Shown one piece after another: positions 1 to 12,389 of a stretch of 64,000 bases of DNA. The stretch is from contig NC_043016.1 of the NCBI RefSeq assembly GCF_006345805.1, positions 2,728,001-2,792,000 of the forward strand. The letters are read 5' to 3'. The position numbers and the translations under genes were made by a program. The notes beneath the pieces were generated by a model, which worked only from the letters and a program-made list of their open reading frames with translations, was not told the origin of the DNA and ran no database searches. Numbering within the stretch: position 1 is the stretch's first letter; the number at the start of each line of letters is the position of its first letter. This DNA is from Octopus sinensis. Taxonomy: Eukaryota.

Positions 1-1391
1 CTACATAATCGAATATGGTCAGTGTTGCACGTTCTCTCTCAAAGTTTCCCTCTCCTAGGGAGATGTTGTGATAACAACAGAGGGGCCGCCCTCTCACAGT
101 GAGATAACCGCGCATCTGGACACCAAACCAGGTATTTCCACGTCCCTGCATATACATAGATGCATACGTACACATATAAATCTATTGTTGGATGGTCGTT
201 GACTGCTCATGAGCTTCTTTGCTCTTTTCATCCTGCAGGGTGTAGCCATTTTACTCACCGTGACCCGACCATGTAGTCGTGTCAGGTCCTATACTAATCA
301 ACATAGGAATTGATGAAAATATATTTTATTGGACCTGAATCTTCCCGAGTGCTACTTAAGTTTCGCATTTACGATTCTGTACATACACACACATACACAC
401 ATATGCAATCATATATATACATATCTATTTTATGTATATATGTATCGAGGTATACTTCCATGTATATATGTATATATGTATATATGTTTGCGGTTTTGTG
501 CTTTCCTGTGTATGCATCTTGTGTACGTATGTCTCTGTAGTATAAATGTATCTACGTTTGTGCGTTGTCTGTGGCAAATTTGTTTTCAAATGGCAATTTA
601 AAGAATTCCAGAAAATGATTAGTTATTTGTTCTGCTTGATGCAGTTGCAAGAATCCAATGCAAGAAGATTGCAACGTATATATTTAAGTAAAAATTCTAA
701 ATCCAGACAGTTGTACACAAATATACTGCTTGACATTTAAGGATGTTGCTTTTTACATCTGGCACCTGTTTCATTTATATCAGACTAATAAATGCCAAAA
801 ACAACAATAGAAGACTGTATAAGTGGCGGCAAAAAATATTTTCTTTATTTCTCAACTGCACTATTTATCTTCCATTTTATTTTAATTTATTTTTGCTTAT
901 ATGATGTAGTTATATTATTTTTACGTCATTGCTGTTTTCTAGTATCAGCTGCAACCACGTTCGGATATATTCCTCCGTTACCATAGACACAAGCATCTGG
1001 TGTCTATTAGAGACTGTAGGAGATGACCAGCCTGCTCTTAGGATCTCCGCATATTTTTCTAGAGATTCTTTCGTAGCATGCTACACTCTGCGTAGTAAAT
1101 ATGGCTATGAGTCTATGACATATCAAAATAGACATTATCGTCCTCAACGAAGTGAATATTGATGAATCTATTGAACTTAACAAATCCTAGCAATATACAA
1201 ATTCTGAAACATCGTTACTCCAAAGTGCCTATTACAGATCTTATACAAGCCACAAGTCAGTGTGAGATTTTGGAATTTCCTTCCAAAAGCCGTTCTGTTA
1301 AGGACATCTCACTTGAAAATTGGAGACAATCCTGCATACTATTTCGGTCAGTCAAAATTAGACAAAAGAGCATGAACTTCTTTTGTTGATG

Positions 1392-1960
1392 TACGAGGTT
1401 TGATCAATAAGTATCAGGACTATTGCCATAGTAACAAAGCTAAAGTAATCCCGCTTGGCACAGATTTACCTTGAACCCTGCTGTGCATGCGTACTAAGTA
1501 TTAACATTTTACCTTACTTCCACTGTTTACAGCAGTGCTTGGAAGGAAGGTGTGTAACGTGTGATCGTTGATTTGACCATGACAGAAAAAGTTGTCATGG
1601 CGATACCAGCTCAGAGGCCAATGCAAAGGTGGAGAAAATGTTTGGAGAGAATTGTATGAGCCGAACACAAGTGTACAAGTGGTTCAGATGTTTTTAGGAT
1701 GGCCGAAAATGTCGATATTGACGAACGTTCTTGGAGACCTGCAACCAGCAGAACTATGAAAAACATTGCAGATGTGCGAGCACCTGTGAGGAGAATTCGT
1801 CGAATCACCATCCGTGAGTTATCAAGGGATGTGCAGATTATTTACGGTTCAATTCAGTCCATTTGGGTATGAGACGCGTGTCTGCCAAGTTTGAGCCAAA
1901 ATTGCTTCCAGCAAACCAAAAGCACTCAGGTTTCAGAACGATGAAAATTATTTAAAAACT
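1392..1960 (+). mobile_element. Mariner (Tc1/mariner) remnant, 5' part with degenerate transposase N-terminus
   Basis: Starts TACGAGG like a mariner TIR. Manual translation across frameshifts gives MSRTQVYKWFRCF..GR..DERS.RPATSRT..RRITIREL..MRRVSAKFEPKLL (HTH region and WVPxLL-like motif). Confidence 0.8.
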
Positions 1961-2763
1961 TTACATAGGCTTCTGAACAGGTATCGGCAAGATTTTGATG
2001 CAGATTCTCAGCTCAACTTTCTCTGTCATGGTCAATGCGACGATCACATCTGATACACCTTCATTCTATGCACTACAGTAAACAATGGAAGTAAGCTAGA
2101 ATGTTAAAACTTAGTCCACATGTAGAGCAGAGTTGAAAATCAATCTGTGCCAAGTGGCTTTAGCATCGTTACTATGGCAACAGTTCTGATACTTATTGAT
2201 CAGACCACATACGATTGTGTATACTTTCCGATATATTATGGAAAGAGCGATAAACCTTTTTGTGCCCCGTTAATAATTATCTCTATCTCTTTTTCTATTT
2301 CGTCTGTTCTCTTTTCTTCAATTTCTTTCTTCGACTTTCCTTTTCTATGTTCGGCTTTTTCTACTCCCTCGTACAAAAAGATAATCGTATTTCTCTTAGC
2401 CTTATATATTTTTAAGAGACTACATTTGTTGTCAGGGCAGTTAACTTCACTCTGTGCAGACAGTGACATGGTGAGCGAATAAACAGGAAATGCGTCGTTC
2501 AGTCCCCATGGAGGGACATGTAGCTACTTGTACGTACATACATACATATATAACATAATATAACATGCATACTTTCATAACATACATACATACATATATA
2601 CGTACATACAAACAGACATACATACATAGCATACATACATGCATACATTCATGCATACAAACAGACATACATACATAGCATACATACATACATACATAGC
2701 ATACATACAAACAGACATATATACATACATAGTATACATACATACATAACAAATATACATAAT

Positions 2764-3075
2764 AGTAAAGATTGTTTGCCAACATAACATGGCAGTCCTG
2801 GTTTAGGACGAATGCGGCTATAATTTAACCCTAGGAGACATTGTCTCCTGCAGGCTATACGACACGATCTGTGTCCTTATATTTTCGAACAAAGGATCCT
2901 AGCAACCCCCACTCAGCTCAAAACAATATCTGTATGTCAGGTTCCCTTGTTCGAAAACATAAGAACACAGATCGTGTTGTATAGCCAGCTGGAGACGATG
3001 TCTCCTGGGGCTAAATTACAGCAACATTCGTCCTAAACCAGGACTGCCATGTTATGTTGGCAAACAATCTTTACT
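2764..3075. mobile_element. MITE / foldback element with ~130-bp inverted arms
   Basis: Left arm AGTAAAGATTGTTTGCCAACATAACATGGCAGTCCTGGTTTAGGACGAATG... is the reverse complement of the right arm ending ...CAAACAATCTTTACT, with scattered mismatches and a ~45-bp spacer. No ORF. Confidence 0.8.
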
Positions 3076-3424
3076 CCAAAATACCGTGGTTGAATATCTC
3101 TCAATGTCAGATTTAAAGATAGTAATTTTCTAATATATACATACTTCATACATACATACTTTCATGGTGCTGATGACGGCATTATGATCGCCAGCATCAA
3201 CATCATATCTTCGTCATCATTTCTATCATCTTGAGGAACATAACTTAATGAGAACAATAATAATAATAAACGTGACGACGATGACAGAAACAAAAAGACT
3301 TCGATAATGACAGCGATGACAACGGCGATGATGATGAAGATTATGATGATAATCATGATGACGACGATGACGGTATTGATGATGATGATGATATTGATGG
3401 TGATGATGATGATGATGATGACGA

Positions 3425-4055
3425 CGATGAGGATGATGATTACGATGATGATGCTGATGATCAACATCGTCAATAAACCACTCTTCTCCGTCTTGTCGTC
3501 GTCGTCGTCTTCGTCATCATCATCATCATCATCATCATCACCACCACCTGAATCATCATAGAGAAAGCAACATCAATATAATCCTCTCCAATAGAGAAGA
3601 AAAGAAAATACATACAAAACTAAGATAATAATAAATAAAAAAAATCATAAGAAAGAAAAAGCATCTTGAATTGACAAAAATATTCGACCGTGAACTTCGA
3701 GATGGCTTCGATTGACAACAGAGAAAGCTATAAGCATAATCGATAAATCATTCACACCTTTTCTGAAACGAATCAAACTGGAGACAGAAAAAATAGTATC
3801 GATTTTTAAGGAAAAGGTGATAAAAAAAAAGGAGGCAAAAGAAGAAAGCAAAAAATAAGCAGAAAAAAAAACTTAGACTGATCAATTGGAAAATGAGTTC
3901 CGATTATATATATATAAACACATACACAGAGACACCACATGCATATATATATATATTATATATATATATATAATATATTTATATATGCTTATGTGTGTAT
4001 ATCGATAGCTATCTACATACATGTTACGCACACGAACACACACATATTATACATC

Positions 4056-4100
<45 letters not shown>

Positions 4101-4321
4101 GTGTGTGTGTGTGCGTGTATGTATATATATATTACATGTATATTTGTATTTATATATTGCTGTATGTATATGTAAGTGTGAGCCTATGCAGCTTTCCTCT
4201 CATAGATCAGTAGACAATGGGAGATTAATAGTGTTGTGTTGGCCGGGATTCGTCACTTTTCATTAAAACTTGCTGACTTCTTTATAGAGAATAAATATAA
4301 AATTTGACAAGGAAACGCACT

Positions 4322-4390
<69 letters not shown>

Positions 4391-5403
4391 NNNNNNNNNN
4401 NNNNNNNNNNNNNNNNNNNNNNNNNNNNNNNNNNNNNNNNNNNNNNNNNNNNNNNNNNNNNNNNNNNNNNNNNNNNNNNNNNNNNNNNNNCGATGAGGAT
4501 GATGATACGATGATGATGCTGATGATCAACATCGTCATAATAAACCACTCTTCTCCGTCTTGTCGTCAGTCGTCGTCTTCGTCATCATATCAGCATCATC
4601 ATCATCACCACACCTGAATCATCAAGAGAAGCAAACATCAATCTAATCCTCTCCAATAGAGAAGAAAGAAAAGAAAATACATACAAAAACTAGATAATAA
4701 AATAAAAAAAAATCATAAGAAAGAAAAAGCCTCTTGAATTGACAAAACTTCTTCCCGAACCGTGAATCGAGAGGCTCGATTGACAACAGAGAAAGCTATA
4801 AGCATAATCGAAAATCATTCACAATTTTCTGAACACGAACACTAACTGGAGACAGAACAAATGTATCGCTTTTAAGGAAAAGGTTGGAAAAGGTTGATAA
4901 AAAAAAGGAGGCAAAAAAAGTTGAAGAAAGCAAAAAATAAGCAGAAACAAAAAAACTTAGACTGATCAATTGGAAAATGAGTTCGATTATATATATATAA
5001 AACAACACAGAGGACACAATGCATATATATATATTATATATATATTATATATATATATATTTATATATATGCTTATGGTTGTATATCGATAGCTATCTAC
5101 ATTACATGTTACGCACACGAACACACCACATATTACATCTCTCTCTGTCTCTCTCTATCTCTCTCTCTATATATATATATATGTGTGTGTGTGTGTGCGT
5201 GTATGTATATATTACTTAAATGTATATTTGTATTTATATATTGCTGTTGTATATTGTAGTGTGAGCCTATGCAGCTTCCTCTCATAGATCAGTAGACAAT
5301 GGGAGGAGATTAATAGTGTTGTGTTGGCCGGGATTCGTCACTTTTCATTAACTTGCTGACTTCTTTATAGAGAATAAATATAAAATTTGACAAGGAACGC
5401 ACT

Positions 5404-5450
<47 letters not shown>
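3425..5450. other. 100-N scaffold gap (4391-4490) with ~1 kb duplicated on both sides (probable unmerged contig overlap)
   Basis: 3425-4390 recurs at 4491-5450, differing mainly by small indels; the second copy begins exactly at the gap edge. Confidence 0.85.
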
Positions 5451-5561
5451 TAATAGATAGATAGATAGATAGATAGTATATAGATAGATAGATAGAAAGA
5501 ATAGATAGAAGATAGATAGATAGATAGGTAGATAGATAGATAGATAGATAGATGGACGATA

Positions 5562-5594
<33 letters not shown>

Positions 5595-5681
5595 ACATAT
5601 AGATAGATAGATGATAGATAGAAAGAAGATAGATAGATAGATAGGTTAGATAGATAGCTAGATAGATGGATAGGATACATA

Positions 5682-5724
<43 letters not shown>

Positions 5725-5725
5725 C

Positions 5726-5814
<89 letters not shown>

Positions 5815-5831
5815 AGATAGATAGATAGAAA

Positions 5832-5877
<46 letters not shown>

Positions 5878-5880
5878 GTA
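5401..5880. repeat. (GATA)n/(TATC)n microsatellite at the 3' end of Tx1 copy 1
   Basis: Direct reading. Confidence 0.95.
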
Positions 5881-6210
5881 TGTTTCTTTATAGCCACACA
5901 GGGCTGCACACAGATAGAACAAATTACAAGGTAGAGCTTTCTTTTGAAGGTATTAAAAAAAAAAAAAAAAAAAAAAGGAAGGGGGAGGTTCGATCAAAAG
6001 GGATCGTAAAAAAAGAGAAAGAGGACAAAAATAAGGGGTAAAAAAAAAAAAAAAAAAAAAAAGGGGGGGAGAGGAAAAAAAATGATCAATAGGGATCGTT
6101 ATCACAGAAATGTCAATATGAAGTGTAAAGGGGAGGACAGGTGAGGTTTACCCGTGGAAAGAAAAGCCTGCGGAAAAGACCACGGTAACCTCGGTCAATG
6201 AAGTCACATT

Positions 6211-6242
<32 letters not shown>

Positions 6243-6277
6243 GCAAAAAAGCAACTCTCTGTTTTCGATTTCTGGGT

Positions 6278-9200
6278 TCATAGGACTATGCTCAAGGTGG
6301 CTTCGTCATTCATACGTGCCATTCTTGCTACATTCACCCCTCTTTTTTTAAAACATCGCTAGACAAAACTTGCCTCTCTACTCTCACTTTCCTTTTCAAG
6401 TGGTACTTGAAGAAGTTGATGAGAGATTGACCAGAGAGGAAAGTGTTTGTCTCCAATCCTTTCAGACGCGTCCACCAGATACATTCTTTCGCCATAGCCA
6501 CAAGGATGATGAAAATAGCTCTTCCTTCCCGTTTGAAGGAAGGAGGAGCGTGACAATATTGACGATAGACTCAGCTGATAAACCGACTCGTCCCACACGT
6601 GACAGCAGTTGTTCGACATAAACCCACAGGTCGGAAATTGTTGGACACTGAACGAGTGCGTGCAGAACGGTTTCGTCGCTCTGACCGCATCTCGGGCAGG
6701 TCGGCCCGTGTTTCTCGAGCCGTGTCTGTAGAGCTTATCCCGAACGGGTAGCGCTTCTCGGTAGCACTGCCAGGCCAGGGATCTCTGGAAGTTGTCCATG
6801 GGCCTGGCCCGAAAGTCGTCCCGAACAGGCGGGTCAGGTACTCCTCGTCGACGTCCAGGTTCGCCCCGAGCTCGTCGTCGTACCTCCCCTCCACTAAACC
6901 CTATAGAATGCTTTGGTGTGTTGAAGTCACTTAAGGTCGACCCAGGACGGCAGAGTTGCTTGAGAGCAACGCGACACTCGCGGGTGCCATTCGCCCTTCC
7001 TCGGCCTCTTTTTGATCCACGACTGCAGTTCGGTCATGGAGACGAGCTGCGGGAAAGCGTGCCTCACAAACGGCGACCACACCTGTTCACCGTCGTCTAC
7101 ATAGAGCCAGAGATGTCGCAGTCTCAGCGCGTGTCTGCGCATCATCAACCACGGCATGCCCAGCCCTCCTTTTAACGGGTGTTGACAGCAAATGGATCGC
7201 CTGACCATCGGGACGCATCCTTTCCACAAGAAGCGAAAGAGGATGCGGTTGTAGTTTGGTGATGGTAGGGTCGGGACAAGGTACGACGGTCAGGCGGTAG
7301 TAGATGACGGACGCGATGTACGTGTTCGCCACCTCCGCTCGACCTTTTAGGGACAGTTTCCTCTCGGCCCATTGCCGGGCGAGAGTGACCACCCTACTCG
7401 TTATCTCGTTCCAGTTCTTCTCCACTTGGAGGTCCGGACCAAACCAGACCCCGAGCAACTCAACCGGGCCGTCGGTCCAGCGTCCCACGACGGAGGCGCT
7501 GGTGGACGGCATGGGCTTGCTTCTCCAGGTGCCTAGTCGCAAGCCCACTGACTTTTCCCGGTGATTTTCGCTCCTGTCACCGCTTCGTAGTTTTTCAGTG
7601 TCTCGCCGACCAGCTCGATGTGCTCGTGGCTAGACACTATGACGGTGACGTCGTCCGCGTATGCAGACACGCTCGTCCCGCATCCCAATTCTCGCGGGAT
7701 GCCCCTTAGAGTCGCCAGCTTCCGCAGTAGTGGCTCAAGAGTCAATACGTATAGAAGCGCCGAGAGGGGCATCCCTGACGACCGAACGTGCAATGTCGAA
7801 AGGTCTCGATAGATGTCCATTTACGCGAATTACCGAACGGATGCCTCTGTACAAGGCAGCTATCCAGCCGCGGAAGACGGGACCGAAACCAGCCGCTCCA
7901 GGACTGCCTCCAAGTATCGATGGTCTACCCTATCAAAGGCTTTTGATTGATCCAAGTTGATCAGGGCCCCACCCATGCCAGGTTCGTTAACTACCCTGTC
8001 TATGATGTAGCGCATCAGATGGAGGTTGTCATGGATGGTCCGGCCTGGCACGGCGCATGTTTGCGCCTTGTCGACCAGTTTCTCGATGACAAGCGCCAAC
8101 CTCTTGGCTAGCACCTTGGCCAAAATTTTCAAGTCTGCATTAAGCAGAGTGATGGGCCTAAAGTTATCTATTACATTCCCTTGTTTAGATCTTTCTTCAG
8201 CAGTGTTACGGCTCCTCGGCTCACAAAACCAGGAATGCTCCCGTTTTGCTGCCAGTTGCAGTACACCGCCGCCAAGAGATCTCCAAACAAGTCTGGCATA
8301 CAATTGTAAAGCTCGTAGGGTAGACCATCCAAACCCGGTGATTTGTCCCTCGAGCATTCTGCCATCGCTTCCCGCACTTCCGCCGCCGTGATGGCACACT
8401 TCGCAGCACCCTGCCGTTTGTGTCGAGAGTCGTGGTAGGCTATGTAGGTAGGCACTGAAGTCCACCCTACGTTCTTGCCCTCCACTCGTTCCGAACAGTC
8501 GGGCAAAATGCTGCTGAAAGGCCTCACACATTTTACTTGGCTCGAGCAATTCGCGCCCTGTTCATCTACCAGTGACCGAATGGTGGCTTTGTTGCCCTGT
8601 TGCGCCTCTGCCACCCGGGCCTCTCTCGCGGCTCCAACACCTTCGTTCCTTAGAGCACGCATCCTAGCTCTGACAGCACATCCTTCGTGTTTGGCGTTGA
8701 AGTGTTGGTCGAGGGCCAACCTCGCCGCCAAAACGTCGGATGCGATGCCGCTTCTAATTGCCTCTTCTAGCTTCTTAACTAGCTCACCCTCTACTCTATT
8801 TCTATCTATGGCTAGTGCTTTGCTGTACCTAATCGCTTCTGCTTTTACTGCTCTCTTGAGGGCAAACCACCATTTGTTGTGATGATGGCTCCCGTCAAAG
8901 CCCTCTTTACTAGTGTGCTAATCCGGTCTCTGAAAACTTGTCTCGATGGGAAAGACGCGTTTAGTTTCCAGTATCCGGGACCCTGCCTAAGTGTCTTACC
9001 TAAGTCTAGCGTACATGTCACAAGTTTGTGATCCGTGTAGCTGACTATGTGGAATTGTGGACATCCTATGCTATCTCTATCTACTGTCCTACACAGTATC
9101 CTATCTAGATACGATCTCGACGACCCGATGCGGTTGCTCCATGTCCACGTTGGCGCATTCGGGTGGTCTAGTCGAAACCTGTCAGACAGTTGAAGCGTCT

Positions 9201-9704
9201 GAGCAGGTCTCTGAGGCATTTGCATCCCCGTCTATTCCTATCTCTACCCACGTAGTCTACATGCGTGTCCAAGGTAGCATTCCAATCCCACTAAGAGTAA
9301 AGGACGAGACGTTCCCAAGAAAACTTCTAGACGTTGAAAGAAATCCGCCCGACCTGTTAAGGGCGGTGCGTAAACTGATACGAGCCGAAAAGCGCACCCA
9401 TTGCTGCCGTCGACATCCAGGACGACCAGTCTACCCTCCGGGTCTACGAATATTGTCCTTACATTGAGATCCAGACTCTTGTGAAAAAGTACCGCGGTGC
9501 CACTACCGCCCATTCTCGGCAGACAGGGGGAAAAATAAATGTTGAACTGTCCGCCAAACATGGTCTTTAGGGCCCGCGGATTGTGGAGTCTGGTCTCGCT
9601 TATGGCTATGATTTCTAACTTATGTGACTTTATGTCATTTAAGAGGTACCCTTGTTCCAAGGGGACCCCAAGCCACGCGCATTTACACAACCAATCTTGA
9701 TCAT
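6278..9704 (-). CDS. Tx1 ORF2: APE endonuclease, RT and C-terminal zinc finger (frameshifted as assembled), copy 1
   Basis: Start MIKIGCVNARGLG; motifs IIAISETRL, YLDRIL, TDHKLV, GPGYWKLN, KSPGLDGLP, NFRPITLLN, LDQSKAFDRVDH, SAYADDVT; ends ...SIVL*. Confidence 0.9.
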
Positions 9705-9735
9705 AGTTCTAATGAATTAGAATACAGAGGGTTAC

Positions 9736-11733
9736 TTACTGCTCGAAAGTTTTTGCTTTCTCTCCGTTGGTTTGTCCTCGAGAAGATCCCAGTACAGTTT
9801 CTTGTGAGATATTTTTGGCATTTACCAACCGCACTGGGGAAAATGCCTTTGAGTGTGTGGTGCAGACTTTTGGAGATGTGTATTATTTTGATTTGATGTG
9901 GTCTGGTGGTGTTGTGTTTGGGTGGTTGTTTGTTTTTTATGTCATCTTCTGTTATGTTTGTTTTTGATTGGATGTATTCCATCAAATTTGTGTTTTGGTG
10001 TCTATGGCTGTGAGCATGTTTGCTGTATATGTTTTGTGGTGTGGTGTGGCTGTTGTTTGCGTTGGGTTTGAAATGTCTTCGGGAGATGTATTTCCCCCTG
10101 CTTTGTTCGTGTTTGCATTTGGTTTGGTTGTGTTTCTGCTCTTTATTTTCCTTCTTTTTGTAGCTATTTGCCATTCCTCACTGGTTTCGTCTTCCGACGA
10201 AATTTCTGAGGAATCAGAAGGGGGTAGGGGTATGTTGTGGGCTTCTATGTATGTCTGTGTAAGTGGTTGTGTTGTTGTTTTCGTTGTTGTTGGTTGTTGA
10301 GTGTTTGTGGTGTGTTGAGTGCGGTATAAGGGATGGGGGATCAGTTTGTGTGTGTTTCTTTGTTTTTCTGTTCCTTTGGGTTTTGCTGTTGATGGTAGTG
10401 TTGGTATTTTTCCAGGTGTCGAGTGGTGGTTTTGGTTGATGACGGATTAGCTTGGTGTGCTTCTCTTGTCGTCTTCTGTGTTGATGGTGGTGTGGGTAGT
10501 AGAGCTTTTTTTCCGGAGTGCTTTGGTTGTGGTAGTGGTTGTGTTGTTGCTCTTGGTGTGCAGTGGTTGGGCACGTCTTTTTCAAGTGTGTTTCGCTTCC
10601 ACACAAATAGCAGCGTGGTCGCCTGCCCTCTACCACTATATAGAGTTTGTAGCCTCCTGGCAGTTCTATAGCGGTGGGTATCTTCTCTCTTGCTGCTTCA
10701 TCCAATTGAAGCAGGAATTCGATTGATTTGCCCACATAGTCTTTCTCTCCTAGAACCGCGATTTCCAGGATGTTTGTCTCTGACATTGTCTCTGACATTT
10801 CAAAGCAGATGGCAGAGACCCACCCATTGTGTTTCGACATCAAATGGTATGTTTTATTTGGACTTTCGTGACCCTTTTGTTAAATAGACTGGTATCATTA
10901 CCAAGTCGTCCGAATGTAGCTCCAATGTGGAAAAACGTTTTGCTAAACTTTCGTTGAGGAAACGTACTTGGACTGTACCAAATTTGTTTCCCCAACTGAT
11001 ATATTCCTTGGAGTCCCATACAGGACGAAGGCATTTATCGATTTTTTCCTGCGGTGCATTTTCTGTTCTTCTTGTTTTTTTGTTATTACTTTATAAATTA
11101 TTGTTTTTTTTTGCGTGTTTTCCACGATGTGTTGTGGAATATGAAGGTGCAATTTGTCTCCTTCTTTGGAGAAGAGTGCCTTTGTGCGGTTTATCTCTTG
11201 TGTGGTGAATGTTACAATTGTTCTTTTTTGTTTTGTTACGTCCGCAAAATTCGTTTTGAATTTGGCAGTAGAAGTGTTAATTGTGGCAGTGTTAATTGAA
11301 GTCATGGTAGTGGTGTTGGTGTTGGCGGTATTAGCAGCAGAAGGCTTGGATGTAGCATTTGACGTCGTAGTAGTGGTGTTGGTGTTGGCGGTGTTGTCTT
11401 TGTAGGCGGCTTTGTGCCAATTTCGTTGTTGTTGTTGTTGGTGGTGATGGTGGTGGTGCTGGCATTCATGTTCGTTTGTATTCATTTTTGAAATCCCTTT
11501 CTCTGTCCCTTTATCATCAACAAGAGTGGTGTGGGGAGTGAGGGAAATCTAAGTTAATGTCTTTGGTCGCGGCGATGGTGAATGCGACGTTAGATTTGTT
11601 GTTGTGTTGTTGTGGTGGTGATGGTGGTGACAGCGGTGTTCACGCTGCGATGTTTAGCAGCTAGTGGTAGCAATAGTGTTTTGCTACCGTTCTGCATGAC
11701 TGGCGGGCTAGCCACGTGGTTTCTAGTTGCCAT
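9736..11733 (-). CDS. Tx1 ORF1, Gag-like nucleic-acid-binding protein (frameshifted as assembled), copy 1
   Basis: MATRNHVASPPV... start; His/Gln and Thr/Asn low-complexity tracts; CCHC knuckle in IVVEGRRPRCYLCGSETHLKKTCP; TAA at 9736-9738. Confidence 0.8.
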
Positions 11734-12389
11734 TTTCAAAATGAAAAATGGCTAAAAAACCCACGAAAGTTTTGAAAGTTTTTTTGTAATTCGCCCATAC
11801 AGGGGCGGAATTCTACGTGAATAATTCTCAGGTTTTTTAGTGAATGAATTTGCACAACGATTAAAACAAAATATTTGACAACAAGGAGTTTTAAACATGT
11901 AAAAGTGGCCAACTTACTTGGAGCCGATATGACTAGCGTCCGTCCATTGTGAGATAGATAGATAGGATCAGATAGATAGATAGATGGATAGATAGATATG
12001 TTCTAGTAGCCACACAGGGCTGCACACAGATAGAACAAATTACAAGGTAGAGCTTTTCTTTTGAAGGTATAAAAAAAAAAAAAAAAAAAGGAAGGGGAGG
12101 TTCGATCAAAAGGGATCGTAAAAGGAGAGAAAGAGACAAAAATAAGGGGGGTTAAAAAAAAAAAAAAAAAAAAAAAAAAGGGGGGAGAGGAAAAAAAATG
12201 ATCAATAGGGATCGTTATCACAGAAATGTCAATATGAAGTGTAAAGGGGAGGACGTGAGGTTTACCCGTGGAAAGAAAAGCCTGCGGAAAAGACCACGGT
12301 AACCTCGGTCAATGAAGTCACATTATATTTCTTTTTTTTTTTTTTTTTTTTTTTGCAAATAAGCAACTCTCTGTTTTCGATTTCTGGGT

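Larger units (their letters stand above)
5881..11951 (-). mobile_element. Full-length Tx1/L1-type non-LTR retrotransposon, copy 1 (~6.1 kb)
   Basis: 5' end CACAATGGACGGACGCTAGTC follows (TATC)n; then ORF1, ORF2 and a 3' UTR ending GCAGCCCTGTGTGGCT(A)ATAAAGAAACA, followed by (TATC)n. Confidence 0.92.

Noticed and set aside
929-1389. Short ORFs with an APE-like DIIVLNEV motif
   Set aside because: A single weak motif amid stops; not enough for a call.
2147-2482. 111-aa hydrophobic ORF and its charged antisense ORF
   Set aside because: Driven by a pyrimidine-rich low-complexity tract; no homology recognised.
3425-5450. Apparent 1-kb tandem duplication
   Set aside because: It is centred on a 100-N gap and the copies differ by error-like indels; best explained as an unmerged contig overlap.
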